A DNA stretch of 63,798 bases, filler included, from Octopus bimaculoides (Eukaryota), in NCBI RefSeq assembly GCF_001194135.2. It is 4 parts of 4 records of this genome, joined end to end, with 100 filler letters (N's around TTAATTAATTAA, not from the genome) between each part and the next. Parts side by side here need not be neighbours in the genome. Positions count along the whole stretch, not along the records: positions 14,872 to 32,722 come from NC_068986.1; positions 32,823 to 47,735 come from NC_068985.1; 2 more parts are not named here. One strand, 5' to 3'. Shown piece after piece: positions 28,026-41,700 of this stretch. The notes beneath the pieces are model-generated. The model ran no database searches, was not told where the DNA came from, and was given only the letters and a program-made list of their open reading frames with translations. Every line of letters starts with the position of its first letter. Within the stretch, counting starts at the first letter, position 1. The position numbers and the translations under genes are program-made.

Positions 28026-28944
28026 CTTTAGGCTCGGAAATAATAATAACGATTTTGTAGGCATCGATGATTCAACTGTTTCAGTAATAAGTTATAATTA
28101 CAGTTTGCACAGTTGAAGAAGAAATTAATTTGCAAACCAGACAAAATGACAAAAAAATAATAATCACTGCATTTAGAATACTTCACGCAGAATCTGATAC
28201 TAAAAGATTAATTTGTCTACGGATACAGGGAAGTAGGAGGCTTATGAAACTAAAAAGAAGTATCTATTGTAAAATATCCATTGTATAAATTGAAAAATGT
28301 CAGTGAAACGACAAAAGAAAGCTAATAAAATCATATATAAATTGCAACTGCAGGCGGCTAATTGACCGAGTCGTGGGAGTGAATGATTCTTCATATTTCT
28401 CCCATGTCCATGCTCTCAATGTTCGAATCCCTCTCACGCCGTCACTGTATCTTATACATTTGGGGCTGTTGGATAGTAAGATTCGAGGCTGAGATACCTT
28501 ACGGTATTTCTCATTCGTCTTTTTAGTTCAATTTCCTTCTTAACCTCTTACCTGGAATTTTGAGAGTCTTTAATTGAGACCATTCAATTGTAAGCACGCA
28601 AAGCAGTTTCCTTAATTCATCATGTAATCCTCCCACGTTTCCACCATTTTCGGAGGACCAGCAAAATGTCACCTACTCTGGTTTCTAAGCTGTTCATATG
28701 ATAAAAAAAAAAAACATTTATTGTCAAAGGAAGCATCAACAAAATGTTTGAAATACAATTATGAAAATCAAACGAACAAAAGAAACAGTTAGAATCGTTA
28801 AGCATAAGGAATTCAAGAATACCTTAAGCCACTTTGTCTGAAGCTCTCACATCCAGCGCCTTAAAACATTGTTTCCAACATAAATACGTAGGCTGGAACA
28901 TGAGGGCTGAGGCGTTAATTCATTATATCGACTCAAGTATATAA

Positions 28945-29365
28945 CTCTCTTTACTCTTTTACTCTTTTACTTGTTTCATTCACTTGACTGTGGCCATGCT
29001 GGAGAACCTCCTTTAGTCGAGCAAATCGACCCCAGGACTTATTCTTTGTAAGTCTAGTACTTATTTTATCGGTTCCTTTTGCCGAACCGCTAAGTTACGG
29101 GAACGTAAGCACACTAGCGTCGGTTGTGAAGCGATGTTGGGGGACAAACACAGACACACAAACATATACACACACATACATTTATATATACATATACATA
29201 TACACGATGGGCTTCTCTCACTTTCCGTCTTCCAAATCCACTCACAAGGCTTCGGTCGAACCGAGGCTATAGTAGAAGACACTTGCCCAATGTGCCACGC
29301 AGTGGGACTGAACCCAGAACCATGTGGTTCGTAAGCAAGCTACTCACCACACAGCCACTTCTACA
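28945..29365 (-). mobile_element. SINE family A copy
   Basis: Full-length match including the (TTTTACTC)n tail. Confidence 0.9.
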
Positions 29366-29498
29366 CCTAAATAGTAATTTATTTTCACAAACACCCAGGG
29401 AAAAAAAGCAACGATTACCTCACCGAGATTCGAAACCGAGACGAAAGTACTAAACTAGATAATATAGTTTCTCTGATGTGTTAATACTACTTCTACTA

Positions 29499-29535
<37 letters not shown>

Positions 29536-29536
29536 A

Positions 29537-29575
<39 letters not shown>

Positions 29576-29714
29576 TGAAGAATGTTGTCTCTGCTCCTAT
29601 TATTTGATTTTTTCCAGACGATACTTTCTATTTTTCTTGTAATTTCGTGTCTTTTTCTACAAACACTTTCTTTTTCTTCTCCCTATAGTTGCTATTCTAC
29701 GCACAAACACACAT

Positions 29715-29772
<58 letters not shown>

Positions 29773-29801
29773 ATACACACACGTACACTCACATACATAC
29801 A

Positions 29802-29834
<33 letters not shown>

Positions 29835-31671
29835 CATCAACCACCGGGAATCGAAATAGTTTACAAATATGTACAAATGAGTGTGTGTGTGTGTGTGTAT
29901 GTCTGTCTATCTGTCTGTCTGTCTCTCCGTTTGTGTGTGTGTATGTGTGTGAGCATGTGTGTATGTGCGCGTGTGTGTGTGTGTGTCTTTGTATGTGGCA
30001 ATACTTTTATATTACATTTTCCATTGTTTTTCGTTTTATCTAACTTAGTTTCGTTTTGTATTTCGCTTCGAATTCTTTTCTTTACCCAATTTCGACTCTT
30101 GTCCATTTTAATCACATCAATCTTCAGCAACCTTTTACTATTTCTTTCGTTGGTCTTATACCTTTTCTTTTCGGTTTTCGGCTTGTTTTCTCCCTTTTTT
30201 TATAATTTTTTTTTTTATTACATTTACAATTTTTTTTTCTTATAGTTTGTACTTATTTTTAATTTTCCAAATAATAAGTGCTGGAATTGCCTTGTAGTGC
30301 TTGCGAAAGTCGAATGTGATGGGACTGTAGAGAGTGGACAGAGTATATTTAGGTGTGATATACAAATGACATCAGAATACAAGAAAAAACATCAATGCAA
30401 CTTCCGGCAAAATGGTGGGCTCGTGACAAGACAGTTGATAGCCAGCTTCGTTTGATGAAACAAGCTGGAGGCTGAAAGACACTGGCGTGTGCTTATTTCA
30501 CTGCACAAGACGGAAATGGCCAGTACGACTGGTTTTTCTATCTCATACACTCTCAAACAAACACAAACATATATATATATATATATAAACATGTAAAAGA
30601 TATATACACACACATATATATATATATANNNNNNNNNNNNNNNNNNNNNNNNNNNNNNNNNNNNNNNNNNNNNNNNNNNNNNNNNNNNNNNNNNNNNNNN
30701 NNNNNNNNNNNNNNNNNNNNNNNNNNNNNNNNNNNNNNNNNNNNNNNNNNNNNNNNNNNNNNNNNNNNNNNNNNNNNNNNNNNNNNNNNNNNNNNNNNNN
30801 NNNNNNNNNNNNNNNNNNNNNNNNNNNNNNNNNNNNNNNNNNNNNNNNNNNNNNNNNNNNNNNNNNNNNNNNNNNNNNNNNNNNNNNNNNNNNNNNNNNN
30901 NNNNNNNNNNNNNNNNNNNNNNNNNNNNNNNNNNNNNNNNNNNNNNNNNNNNNNNNNNNNNNNNNNNNNNNNNNNNNNNNNNNNNNNNNNNNNNTTTTTT
31001 TTCCCTAAATCACAGTAATTCATGAATCGTATTTGTTGTTAGATACCACTTATGTGTTCATTGGTGAATTTACTTTAATCTTTATTCTTTTTAGTTATTT
31101 TGTTCGCTTCACTCTTTACAGTTATTTTCGTATTAATACTTATGTTGTGGTGAATCGGGTTTTTTTTTTTACCTTTTTTCTTTTGAAGAATAACAAAATA
31201 ACCACTCTAATTTTCATTATTATCCATTGTAGTTTTCTGGGGTTTTTTTCTAGATATACAAACACATAACACACATATACGTATGTGATTAGCTATACTT
31301 ATGCATCTATGCATATTTCTATATGTTCCTGTCTGTATGTATCTATTCATATATATATATATATGCTCATATGTAAATGTGCTTGTGTGTGTTTATGTAT
31401 TTGCATGTGTTTGTGTTTGTATGTATGTATGTATGTATGTATGTGTGTGTGTGTCTATGCATGCATGAATACATATATGAATACGGACACGCGCTGTTTT
31501 GTCTAAATCATCTTTCTGTCTATCTACATGAGGGTGTTGTTGAGTTTGGAAGAAATGTTGGTCCTTATCGTTTACTATGAAACTCATTCACTCAGTCTCC
31601 GTATGCTGAGTGTTTGTGCGTGTGTGTTTGTATGTGTGCGTGTGTGTGTGTGTGTGCATATTCTTCTATTC

Positions 31672-32052
31672 TTTCATTCTTTTATTTGCGTCAGTCCTTT
31701 GACCGTGGCCATGCTGGAGCACCGCCTTTAGTTGAGTAAATTGACCCGAGGACATATTCTATTGTAAACCTAGTACCTATTCTATTAGTCTCTTTTCCGA
31801 ACCGCTTCTAACTTTCGAGGACGTAAGCACACCAACATCGGCTGTCAAGCGATGGTGGTGGGAAGAAACACAGTCACACAAACATATCCATATGCGACAG
31901 GCTTCTTTCAGTTTCTGTCTACCAAATCCACTCAAGGATTTGGTCGGCCCGACGCTATAGTAGAAACCACTTGCTCAAGGTGCCACACAGTAGGACCGAA
32001 CCCAGAATCATGTGGTTGGTAAGGAATCTATTTACCATACAACCACTCCTAT
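31672..32052 (-). mobile_element. SINE family A copy
   Basis: Full-length match to the other copies. Confidence 0.85.
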
Positions 32053-32722
32053 ACGTGTACTACGTATTAGGTCAAGTATATCACTAAATATATAATATTT
32101 GAACATGAAGGTTTCACTGTAGGCTTCCTTGATCGGATGATTTTTCTGAATTATATTCACTGGTTTGCCTTGTTGTTGTTGTTTTTAGTCTCAGTATGAA
32201 GGCAACTTTTTGGCAGCAGCTGTAGTACGCCGGATTAAGTGCTTAGCGGCATTTCGTCTGTCTTTAGGTTCTTGGTTCAGTCTCCGTCGAGGTCACATTA
32301 ACTTTTCATTGTTTTGGTGTGGTTAAATTAGGGATCAGGTCAGCACTCTTATTGAGTGAGAGAGCAGTGCATGCCATCAAAGTGTCACAGGGGTAAAATA
32401 TACGAAGCCCATTATACCCATCATGACTACCCGTCTGATAAGGGTACACCAGGCACATGCATCACAACCATATGTGCACGACATGGTGATCTCATATCAA
32501 GATAAAGAGCGCATGACCTCGCAGGTGGGGCCCAGTTAGAATTTTCTTCAGGTAGAGTAGACCATCCCGCTCAAAAGGTTCCTGAATAAGGTTTGTTTAA
32601 GGATGTTAAGCAAAATACCCATGTTTCCAAAGGTGAATTATTCAAACCCCAAAGAGTTCCTCTCAACACATGGCTATGATGCTCCCCCACTACTTCTGCT
32701 CATGATCAGAGATGCACATATC

Positions 32723-32822
32723 NNNNNNNNNNNNNNNNNNNNNNNNNNNNNNNNNNNNNNNNNNNNTTAATTAATTAANNNNNNNNNNNNNNNNNNNNNN
32801 NNNNNNNNNNNNNNNNNNNNNN
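32723..32822. other. Artificial scaffold-joining spacer
   Basis: 44 N + TTAATTAATTAA (32767-32778) + 44 N. Confidence 0.95.
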
Positions 32823-33012
32823 TATGTGTGTGTGTGTTTGTATATATGTGTGTATGTGTTTATTATAGATAGACTGTTTATACCTGGAGTTCAACTGTCA
32901 CTCAATAATTTCTGCGTAAATTTTTTTTTTTTTTCAGGCATAAAACATTATCCATTCAAACCTCAGTGTCGGTTTAGCCATTATGTTGATCGCTATTTCT
33001 TCATAAGAAATA

Positions 33013-33229
33013 CGAGGGGCTACTGAAAAATTCCTGGCTTTAAGGGTGTCACGAAAGGCCTGTTTGGAGTCCCAAACTTCCGAGTTCTTTCACAGGGCTT
33101 AGAAAAACTGAAGGAGCGCTGCAATAACTGTGTGAATCTGGAAGGGGAATAAGTTGGATAAAATCATAAATAACTGACCCTCTTGTATTTTGTTTTACTC
33201 AAACACAGGAACCTCTCAGCCCCACCTCA
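33013..33229 (+). mobile_element. Non-autonomous mariner derivative
   Basis: TA-CGAGGGGCTACTGAAAAATTCCTG left end and a degenerate inverted right end before TA. Internal remnant resembles the mariner C-terminus (KLKERCNNCVNL.GE). Confidence 0.65.
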
Positions 33230-33431
33230 TACGTATGAGGGGGGGCTGAGAGGTGCATATGTAAGAAACCATTGTTAAATATTATTTTAGCACTGAGACA
33301 TCTGTCATTCAAGGCGAGATATTTAGATTCTTTTGTGCCACATTACTACCAACACCCTTTGTTTAACTTTACTGCCAAGACACATTTCCACAAGACTTGG
33401 GTTTCGTAGAATAAAAACAATGTATTTTTTG

Positions 33432-33481
<50 letters not shown>

Positions 33482-34002
33482 CTTGTTTTTCTTTTATAAG
33501 TGGAGAGAAGGACATTAAAATGAAAGAAGTACCAAATGACTATTTAAAAAAAGACTAATTCTCCAAGCTGTTCACCCCTGTCCGTTATGACTCTGTGATG
33601 TTTATAAACTGTCACGTACAGTCTTGTTATACATGTCTGTGTTTCATCTTGTGAGGAAGTAACAAAATTTCCAAGTTCATAGTCATCACTAGATTCGGAT
33701 ATTTGCGTTTACACATACTTCTTACTATCACCAACCCACCTCTTCATGATAACAATATCCTGCTTACCACGTTTTCGTATAATGTCGTTTAGACGGTTCG
33801 CTTTTGATTAACGATAGTCTTGCATTCCTTTAAGAAATCCTTCGATCTTTCCTTTTATTCGAAGTACTTGTTAACAATAATGGTTACTATTCCTAACATT
33901 TTTGTCTGTTCAGATCAGCCACCATCGAGCAAATTTATGATCAAAATCACTCCATTCGTGACCATGCCATCTGCATTTTGTCCACTATCTAATTTTCCTA
34001 AT

Positions 34003-34583
34003 AAGAGTGGCTGTGTGGTAAGAAGCTTGCTTCGCAACCACATGGTTCCGGGTTCAGTCCCTCTGCGTGGCATCTTGAGCAAGTGTCTTCTACAATAGCC
34101 TCGGGCCGACCAAAGCCTCGTGACTGGATTTGGTGGAGGGAAACTGAAAGAAGCCCGTCGTATATGTGTGTGTGTGTGTGTGTGTGTACATATGTATTTG
34201 TTTTTTGTCTGTGTTTGTACCCTATCATCGCTTCACAACTGATGTTGGTGTGTTTACGTCACCATAACTTAGCGGTTCGACAAAAAGACACCAATAGAAT
34301 GAGTCTTGGGATCGATTTCTTCGACTCAAGGTGGTGCTCCAGCATGGCCGCAGTCAAATGACTGAAAGAAGTCAATGTATAAAAGAATAAAAGAATATAT
34401 TCTATTCTTCTACTTGTTTCAAATGTTTGACTGCGGCCATACCGAAGCACCGACTTTGGTCGAACAAATCGACCTTAGGACTTATTCTTTGTAAGCCTAG
34501 TACTCTTATTCTATCGGTCTCTTTGGCCGAACCGTTAATTTACAGAGACGTAAACACGCCAATATCGGTTGTCAAGCGATGGT

Positions 34584-34590
<7 letters not shown>
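34003..34590. mobile_element. Two SINE family A copies, tail to tail (34003-34395 +, 34400-34590 -)
   Basis: ggtgctccagcatggccgcagtcaaatgactgaaa followed by its diverged reverse complement. Confidence 0.85.
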
Positions 34591-34631
<41 letters not shown>

Positions 34632-34944
34632 AATATATACATATACTGGTGGCTGCCATGATTCGGCGCAAAACGAATCAGTTCCAACGCAGACTTCAGC
34701 GTGAAGGGTTGGGGCTTTCCATCATGGTAACACGTGCTGAGGAAGGTGAGGCTATAATACCAGTCCAGAAACCGGTCCGCGTGAGTCCAAATACTTGAAT
34801 GTATGTTTAGAGATTGTCTCAGCCCGTTTGCCTTCAGACGGTTGGTTTCTGTAGTTATTATCAGTGTTTTCTCAGCGATTTAAGTTAGTTTTGACTGTTA
34901 TTTCCAGCAGGTAGGCATGCTTAGTATATCCTTTGATTACTTTT

Positions 34945-34986
<42 letters not shown>

Positions 34987-35790
34987 GGATGACGTGGAGG
35001 GTGTTGCTTAATTCCGTTTCCACCCTGATCAAGCAGACGTCTGTCAGTAAATATTACATCTTTTATTTAGACATGGTGTATCTCGCATAACAGCATCAAA
35101 ATATTCTAAATGCTTTAAATTCATTCGAGAGATATTTGAGGAAAATATAGCTACAATTTCTAACGGATTGATCTACAACGTAGAGGCTGCTTTCTCTGCT
35201 CATATATTCGCTTTCTTTTAATCACGTGCATTTGAATTACATTTGCAAGAAAATGTTCTATTCTTCATTTTCAGTGTTTCTTTCGCATTTTATTTTTATT
35301 TTCACACTTATTTATCTTTCAGTCGCAATCCCTCCTTATCTTTGATTTATTTTGACATTAACTTTCCACCTGCCGAGCTCTAATCTCATTTCCTTGTTCT
35401 TCCTTAAAGCAATTTCTTTCTGCGTATAAATTCAAAAACACGACCTTATATTTCTCATGCTCGTTAAGTGCCAGCTGTTTTTTGTAAACCCTACACGTTT
35501 GATAATACACAAGCTTTACAATTATTGGTGTGGCTTTCTTAATTCTAGCTCAGCACTTTTTTTGTGGGGCGGGGAATCGGTAGAGAAGAAGGAACACATC
35601 ATGTTGTGAATGGTAAGATCAGATACGTTTCTCTACAGCACAACCGAGATAAAAGTTCTCCAATTATCACTTGAAATTTTATGTGTACGACAAGTCTTTA
35701 GACTGCATAAATATAAAATGTTTATAATCGTCAATCTGGAGTCAAACGTCCAAACATCATCTGTAATAGATTATGCATATGTATATTATA

Positions 35791-35827
<37 letters not shown>

Positions 35828-37789
35828 TTAGGGAAAATAACCAATTTTCAAGAACTCATCGATGAAAATCCACTATCACATATAGAAAAATTAATAATTA
35901 AAAGCACAATAAATGAGTATATTATACTCATTTATTGTGCTTTTAANNNNNNNNNNNNNNNNNNNNNNNNNNNNNNNNNNNNNNNNNNNNNNNNNNNNNN
36001 NNNNNNNNNNNNNNNNNNNNNNNNNNNNNNNNNNNNNNNNNNNNNNNNNNNNNNNNNNNNNNNNNNNNNNNNNNNNNNNNNNNNNNNNNNNNNNNNNNNN
36101 NNNNNNNNNNNNNNNNNNNNNNNNATGCGCGCGTGTGTGTGTGTGTGTACATGGTGTCCCAAAAATATTCACACACATTGAATGATTGCAGACAGTGTTT
36201 ATTGAAATACATTTCATTTTCAAAATTTAATGGAATCTATAGACAGAATTTAACAATGGAATTGCAAGCATAAAGAAATATTTCATTCGATATTAGTGCG
36301 TATTTTAGTTTAATGGCTGCCACTAATTTGTCGTCTGTTACCGGTTTTGTGACAAACTTTCTTTTAAGAATCTCCATAAAAAAAAACCTTTTTTTTTTTT
36401 TTGCTTGCAATAACCGGTTCTTTCGGTCAAACAATCATATCTCCAACTGCTTTAGATGCCAAGATATCACTCGCTCGATTGAGTGACTGAAAATACAAGT
36501 AACCACCATTCTAATCTATCTTCTTCAGAGACGAAACAAATTAACTGCCACAGAAAAAAAAAATGAAGAAAATAATTTGGTCAATGTGGTATTTTATAGA
36601 ACTGGGCCATCCATTTTTAGCTATCAGTCTTAAGCCATTATAGGCTCTTATCACGAGTGAACAGTATAGAGATCCAGTAAAGAAATTTGATACACTGCGA
36701 CCTCCTTATGGTCAGCGGCATGCGGTTGGCGATTACTACTACATTTAGGAAAAAATTGCAAATATAGAAACGAAAAGGCAGCTAAGGCTACTACTTATTA
36801 TTTTAAACCTGAAGTATCAAAATCTATTTATTTACCGCAGATTCATATAAGTATAAACAGTTAACTGTAATGGTTCAAACTAGTTATCAGGGATTATAAA
36901 TAAACGATAAGAAGTAAAATAGCAATTAAACTACAGTGTGATCTTAAAGTATAGGATTGAGGTATCATTGGTACAGCTGTAATTGTGAGGCAAAGGTTGT
37001 TTTTAAAGAGGGTAGAAGAGTAAATGAAACAAGTGCAAAGAGAAAAGTCAGAGGAATAGAAACAGATGTCACTTGTGAAAGATACTTTGGCATAGTTGGC
37101 ATATGGTCATTTGTTTTGTTTTTTTTTCAGAAGAGGCTGAAGTAGGATTTGCACTCTGACCTTGTAAAAACCGTCACCAACAACGAACACCCAAAACAGA
37201 TCCATGGGTTGGAGGGTTTTTGCCTGAGTGATGCAAAAGTTTTATCTGCCAGGAGTTATGGAATCACCCACAAATGGTGGATGCAGCAATGCGCTGTTAC
37301 AGCACATTCCCCCATACTACTACTACTAATACTAATACTATTACTACGACTACGACAACGACTACTACTACTACTACTACTTGGATTTTATCGTGAAAAA
37401 TTCTTGTATTGGAGCATCTCGTAGTTTGACTTATATGCGTTTTCTCTGAAGTAAATTAGTTTTGATATGTATATACAGTTTATATAATAACAGTGGAAAT
37501 GCTTGAAACTTAATTATATATCCTTCCTATTTACAGGAAGAAATTTTATTTTCCTTTATTTCTGCCTGCACTACAGGAATTCTCTTCAAAATGGCTACAG
37601 TGTTGATAGTGGGTGAGGAATCGTGAAAAAGGCGGCAGTCAATTTACTAAAATAGCAACAGTCGTTTTTGTTTCTCTTTGTATTTTTTGCGAGAAGGCAA
37701 TTAAAGTCCCACGTCCATTGTTTAGTAATTCCCAAAAGCGTATTGTAATATTTCTGTTATTAGCAATACTGACATTACAAAACATTCTA

Positions 37790-38190
37790 ACAGGAACAAA
37801 GACACGACAACGAATGGTTTCAAATATTGACACAAGGTCGGCAATTTGAGCGGGGTGGTAATTATTTTATTGACCCCGAATGGATGAAAGGTTAAGTTTA
37901 CCTCGGTGGGGTTTCAGTTTAGAATGTAATGAATCGGGAGAAATGCCGCAAAGTGCTTTATCCCACCCCCGCCATAGACAGTACTAAGATCTGGAATTTG
38001 GGGGGACGGGGATAGTCGATCGCATCGACCCCAGTGTCCCATTAGTGCTTTCTGGTACTTTATGTAATGGATCAGGAAGGAATGAAAGGCAAAGTCAACC
38101 TCGGCGGAATATGAACTCAGAACGTAAAACTGGAAGAAAAGCTGAGAGACACCTTGTATGATACTGCTAAAGATTCTGACAGCTCGCCGC
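37790..38190 (-). mobile_element. Two SINE family B copies
   Basis: Same family B core at ~37875 and ~38080. Confidence 0.75.
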
Positions 38191-38535
38191 CTTAGATACT
38201 ACAAAGAATAAAGAAAAAGCTGTAATCTTAATTTTGTTACTTGAAAAGCACTGCAACAACAACACTGACGACTGTGACAAGAAAATTACAGTTAACAAAA
38301 AAAAAAGGTAAAAGAAAAACAAGAAACCAGCCTAAAGACACAAAGAAAAATAAACACACTTGCTGTGATATGGATTGTGTTTGGTTAAACACCAACTGTC
38401 ACAGATTTTAGAGAGAAGTTGAAGGTTGTAAAAGAAATGACAAAAGCAAAAACGAAACAAAAAACTAGAAATATTAATATTTCTAAGTCTCTCTAAAGGA
38501 GTAAAGGAGACTACGGCAGCAGTACTGAATATTAA

Positions 38536-38965
38536 TAGTTATCGCCAAGCCAACATGGCAGTCCAAAAAAATAGGACGAATGCTGCCGTTGATTAGCTCC
38601 AAGAGGCCATCGCCTCTAGCTAGCTATGTGACACACGAACCTGTGTCCATTATAACCTTCGAACAAGGGAGGTCAGCCACTTCCCCTTGCTGGTCTGGCA
38701 TCTACAGACTAGTTTCAGGGTATTTGCCCTTTATCAATGTAGAGCAGCTGAACCCAGCAGGCGTTGCTACTGACCGTCTGTACGAAGGATTATTTACCTA
38801 AATTCAACGGAATACATCCACTGGTTTTCCTCCCCTGTTCGAAGGTTATAATGGATACAGGTTCGTGTGTGACATGGCTAGGTAGAGGCGATGGCCTCTT
38901 GGAGCTAATCAACGGCAGCATTCGTCCTATTTTTTTGAACTACCTTGTTAGCTTGGCGATAACTA
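38536..38965. mobile_element. 430-bp MITE/foldback element with 137-bp TIRs, flanked by TTAA
   Basis: Arms 38536-38672 and 38829-38965 are reverse complements with 9 mismatches by hand count. TTAA at 38532-38535 and 38966-38969. Confidence 0.9.
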
Positions 38966-39949
38966 TTAAGAAACAAAAAACATTATAATTATCGTGATAG
39001 TGCGGTATGATATAAAAGACGCCTCAAGCAAGCAAAGGCAGGTCGGAGGTTTATAAAAAAATGAATCTGATATCTATACTAAAATCCTAAACCTCTTCTC
39101 TTGATGTGGTAGGTTCTTGATAAGGTAGGAACTTGATGAGGTAGGACCTTGATTGCTTTTAGAGGGTGTTGAGTATATGTGAAACTATAGTGCAAATAAG
39201 TAACCATTTTTCAGCCGTGATATTATTAAAGGCTGGTTGTGAAAATACAAGAATCCTTGGAGCATGGTTATTTGTTATTGTCTTTAAGTAACACGCATCA
39301 AATTATACGGTTTCGATCTGATAGTCTTTAGCGAAATCAGATCTTTCTAGTTCACATGTAAAAAAAATTGCATACCTTGTGAGTACAATGTTTCTGCTCT
39401 AATTAACAGATGGCCTGGAAAGAGGGAAAATGCATTGTTGATGTGCTAAGATTCTACTTCTCAACAGTAGGGTTGCTTTTGCAGATTCGAATGACAAATT
39501 CATGCTGTTTAGTATGAGTAACCGTGTAAATGATACACCAAGTACCTTGTCAGTTATATTCGTAGTAATTCACATCTTTAACATCTCGTATTGAAATATT
39601 TCACAAATATCATTTTTTTTATTTAAAACAGGTGAGAGTATCTATTTATATATAGTTTTTAATTGTGTCAGCTACGTGTTCTCAGTATACGATTTGTTAG
39701 TTTGCACAACATTTCACATCAATTTATCAAGGGGAAAAAAATTAGATGAGACGGGAAATAACAAAATTAGAAAATTAGAAGATATGGAAATAGCTGAAGG
39801 ATGAATATGAAATTCCTTTTCGAACAGTGCTTTGCATTTTGGTAGATTACGATGTATTTCTAGAAAGAGAAAAACAAAAAACTACAATTGTATATAAATA
39901 CGTGTTTGCCCACGCACCACTACGTGCACTTTTCTACGCAAGTGTGTGA

Positions 39950-40005
<56 letters not shown>

Positions 40006-40312
40006 NNNNNNNNNNNNNNNNNNNNNNNNNNNNNNNNNNNNNNNNNNNNNNNNNNNNNNNNNNNNNNNNNNNNNNNNNNNNNNNNNNNNNNNNNNNNNNN
40101 NNNNNNNNNNNNNNNNNNNNNNNNNNNNNNNNNNNNNNNNNNNNNNNNNNNNNNNNNNNNNNNNNNNNNNNNNNNNNNNNNNNNNNNNNNNNNNNNNNNN
40201 NNNNNNNNNNNNNNNNNNNNNNNNNNNNNNNNNNNNNNNNNNNNNNNNNNNNNNNNNNNNNNNNNNNNNNNNNNNNNNNNNNNNNNNNNNNNNNNNNNNN
40301 NNNNNNNNNNNN

Positions 40313-40370
<58 letters not shown>

Positions 40371-40690
40371 GTGTGTGTATGCGTGTGTGTGACTGCATTT
40401 GTGTATATGTGTGTACGCGCGGTATATGTACATATGTGTGCGTATGCGAGTGTATGTGTGTGTGTTTATGGACGCAGAAATATGTCTGGTTGTTATATTG
40501 CATTTTTAATGTCTGAATGTATGTGTTATGATGCGCAATAAAGTGGATATGTGAAAATGCCTAGCGCGCATGTGTGTGCGCGCGCGTGTGTGTTTGCGTG
40601 TGTAGCCAGTGGGTGTGAGTGTGGCCGGTACCGAAGGAGGTGTTAGGATGTGGGTTAGAGTCTTTTTGCTATGTGTATAATACACAGGTA

Positions 40691-41145
40691 CAGAAACCAC
40701 TCGCCTTATCGCGGTTCACCTCTTGCGCCCTCAGCACATCGCGGACTCCTCAGTATATCGCGGGTTTTTGCGGCCGATAGGTATTTATATTTTTTCATAT
40801 TTTAAATATTTCTGTGGTATTATTTCACGTCTAAAAATGAATGAACTAATAAATAAAAATACAGCACAATACTGCACTGTATAACACATTAATTAAAATA
40901 TATTAAAAGAAAATACGTAGTGTACCATAGATGAGTAAACAAAGAATCACACATACTATTGGGAAAATGAAACTCGGGAGGTGAGTGTGTGGTGTGGTGT
41001 TTTGCATTTATAATAAAATAGATACAAATTATAAGAATGATAAAAAAATATATATATACAGTACAGTACTGTTTCTACTTCGTGGATTTTCACCTATCGC
41101 GTGGGGTTATTGAATGTAACACCCGCGATAGTCGAGGCATTGCTG
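40691..41145. mobile_element. Tc1/pogo(Tigger)-like MITE
   Basis: TA-flanked imperfect TIRs: CAGAAACCACTCGCCTTATCGCGG versus reverse complement of the right end CAGCAATGCCTCGACTATCGCGG. Confidence 0.6.
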
Positions 41146-41190
41146 TATACCCTATACGTTTGTATATGTGTACGCGTGTCATAGGCGTTA

Positions 41191-41274
41191 GATGAAGACG
41201 AGTAGTGAATTGATGAGGACGGGTAGTGAATTGATGAGGACGGATAGTGAATTGATGAGGACGGGTAGTGAATT
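41191..41274 (+). repeat. 21-bp minisatellite, 4 copies
   Basis: Unit gatgaggacgggtagtgaatt at 41191, 41212, 41233 and 41254. Confidence 0.95.
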
Positions 41275-41310
41275 AATGACGAAAGGTATGTAAGTTGGGA
41301 GGAAAGAAAG

Positions 41311-41470
41311 ACAGGAGTGGCTGTGTGGTAAGTAAGTTGCTTACCAGCCACATGGTTCCCGGTTCAGTCCCACTGCGTGGCACCTTGGGCAAGTGTCTTC
41401 TACTATAGCATCGGGCCAACCAAAGCCTTGTGAGTGGATTTGGTTGGCGGAAACTGAAAGAAACACGCCG

Positions 41471-41510
<40 letters not shown>

Positions 41511-41700
41511 TCCCTCCACTATCGCTTGACAACGTTGCTAGTATATTTGTGTAACCTAGCGGTTCGGCAAAATAGGCCGATAGAATAAGAACTAGGCTTA
41601 CAAAGAATAAGTCCTGGGGTCAGTTTGCTCGACTAAAGGCGGTGCTCCAGCATGGCCGCAGTCAAATGACGGAAACCAGTAACAGCATAAAAGAATGAAA
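41311..41700 (+). mobile_element. SINE family A copy
   Basis: Full-length match with an internal (TG)n. Confidence 0.9.

Noticed and set aside
30392-30545. Frame MQLPAKWWARDK...GG-TGA-KTLACAYF as a readthrough or selenoprotein exon
   Set aside because: No homology recognised, no SECIS and no splice support.
41191-41274. Regular 21-bp repeats as a CRISPR array or a coding repeat (IHYPSSS)
   Set aside because: No spacers, eukaryotic context, and the ORF runs through a SINE; it is an ordinary minisatellite.
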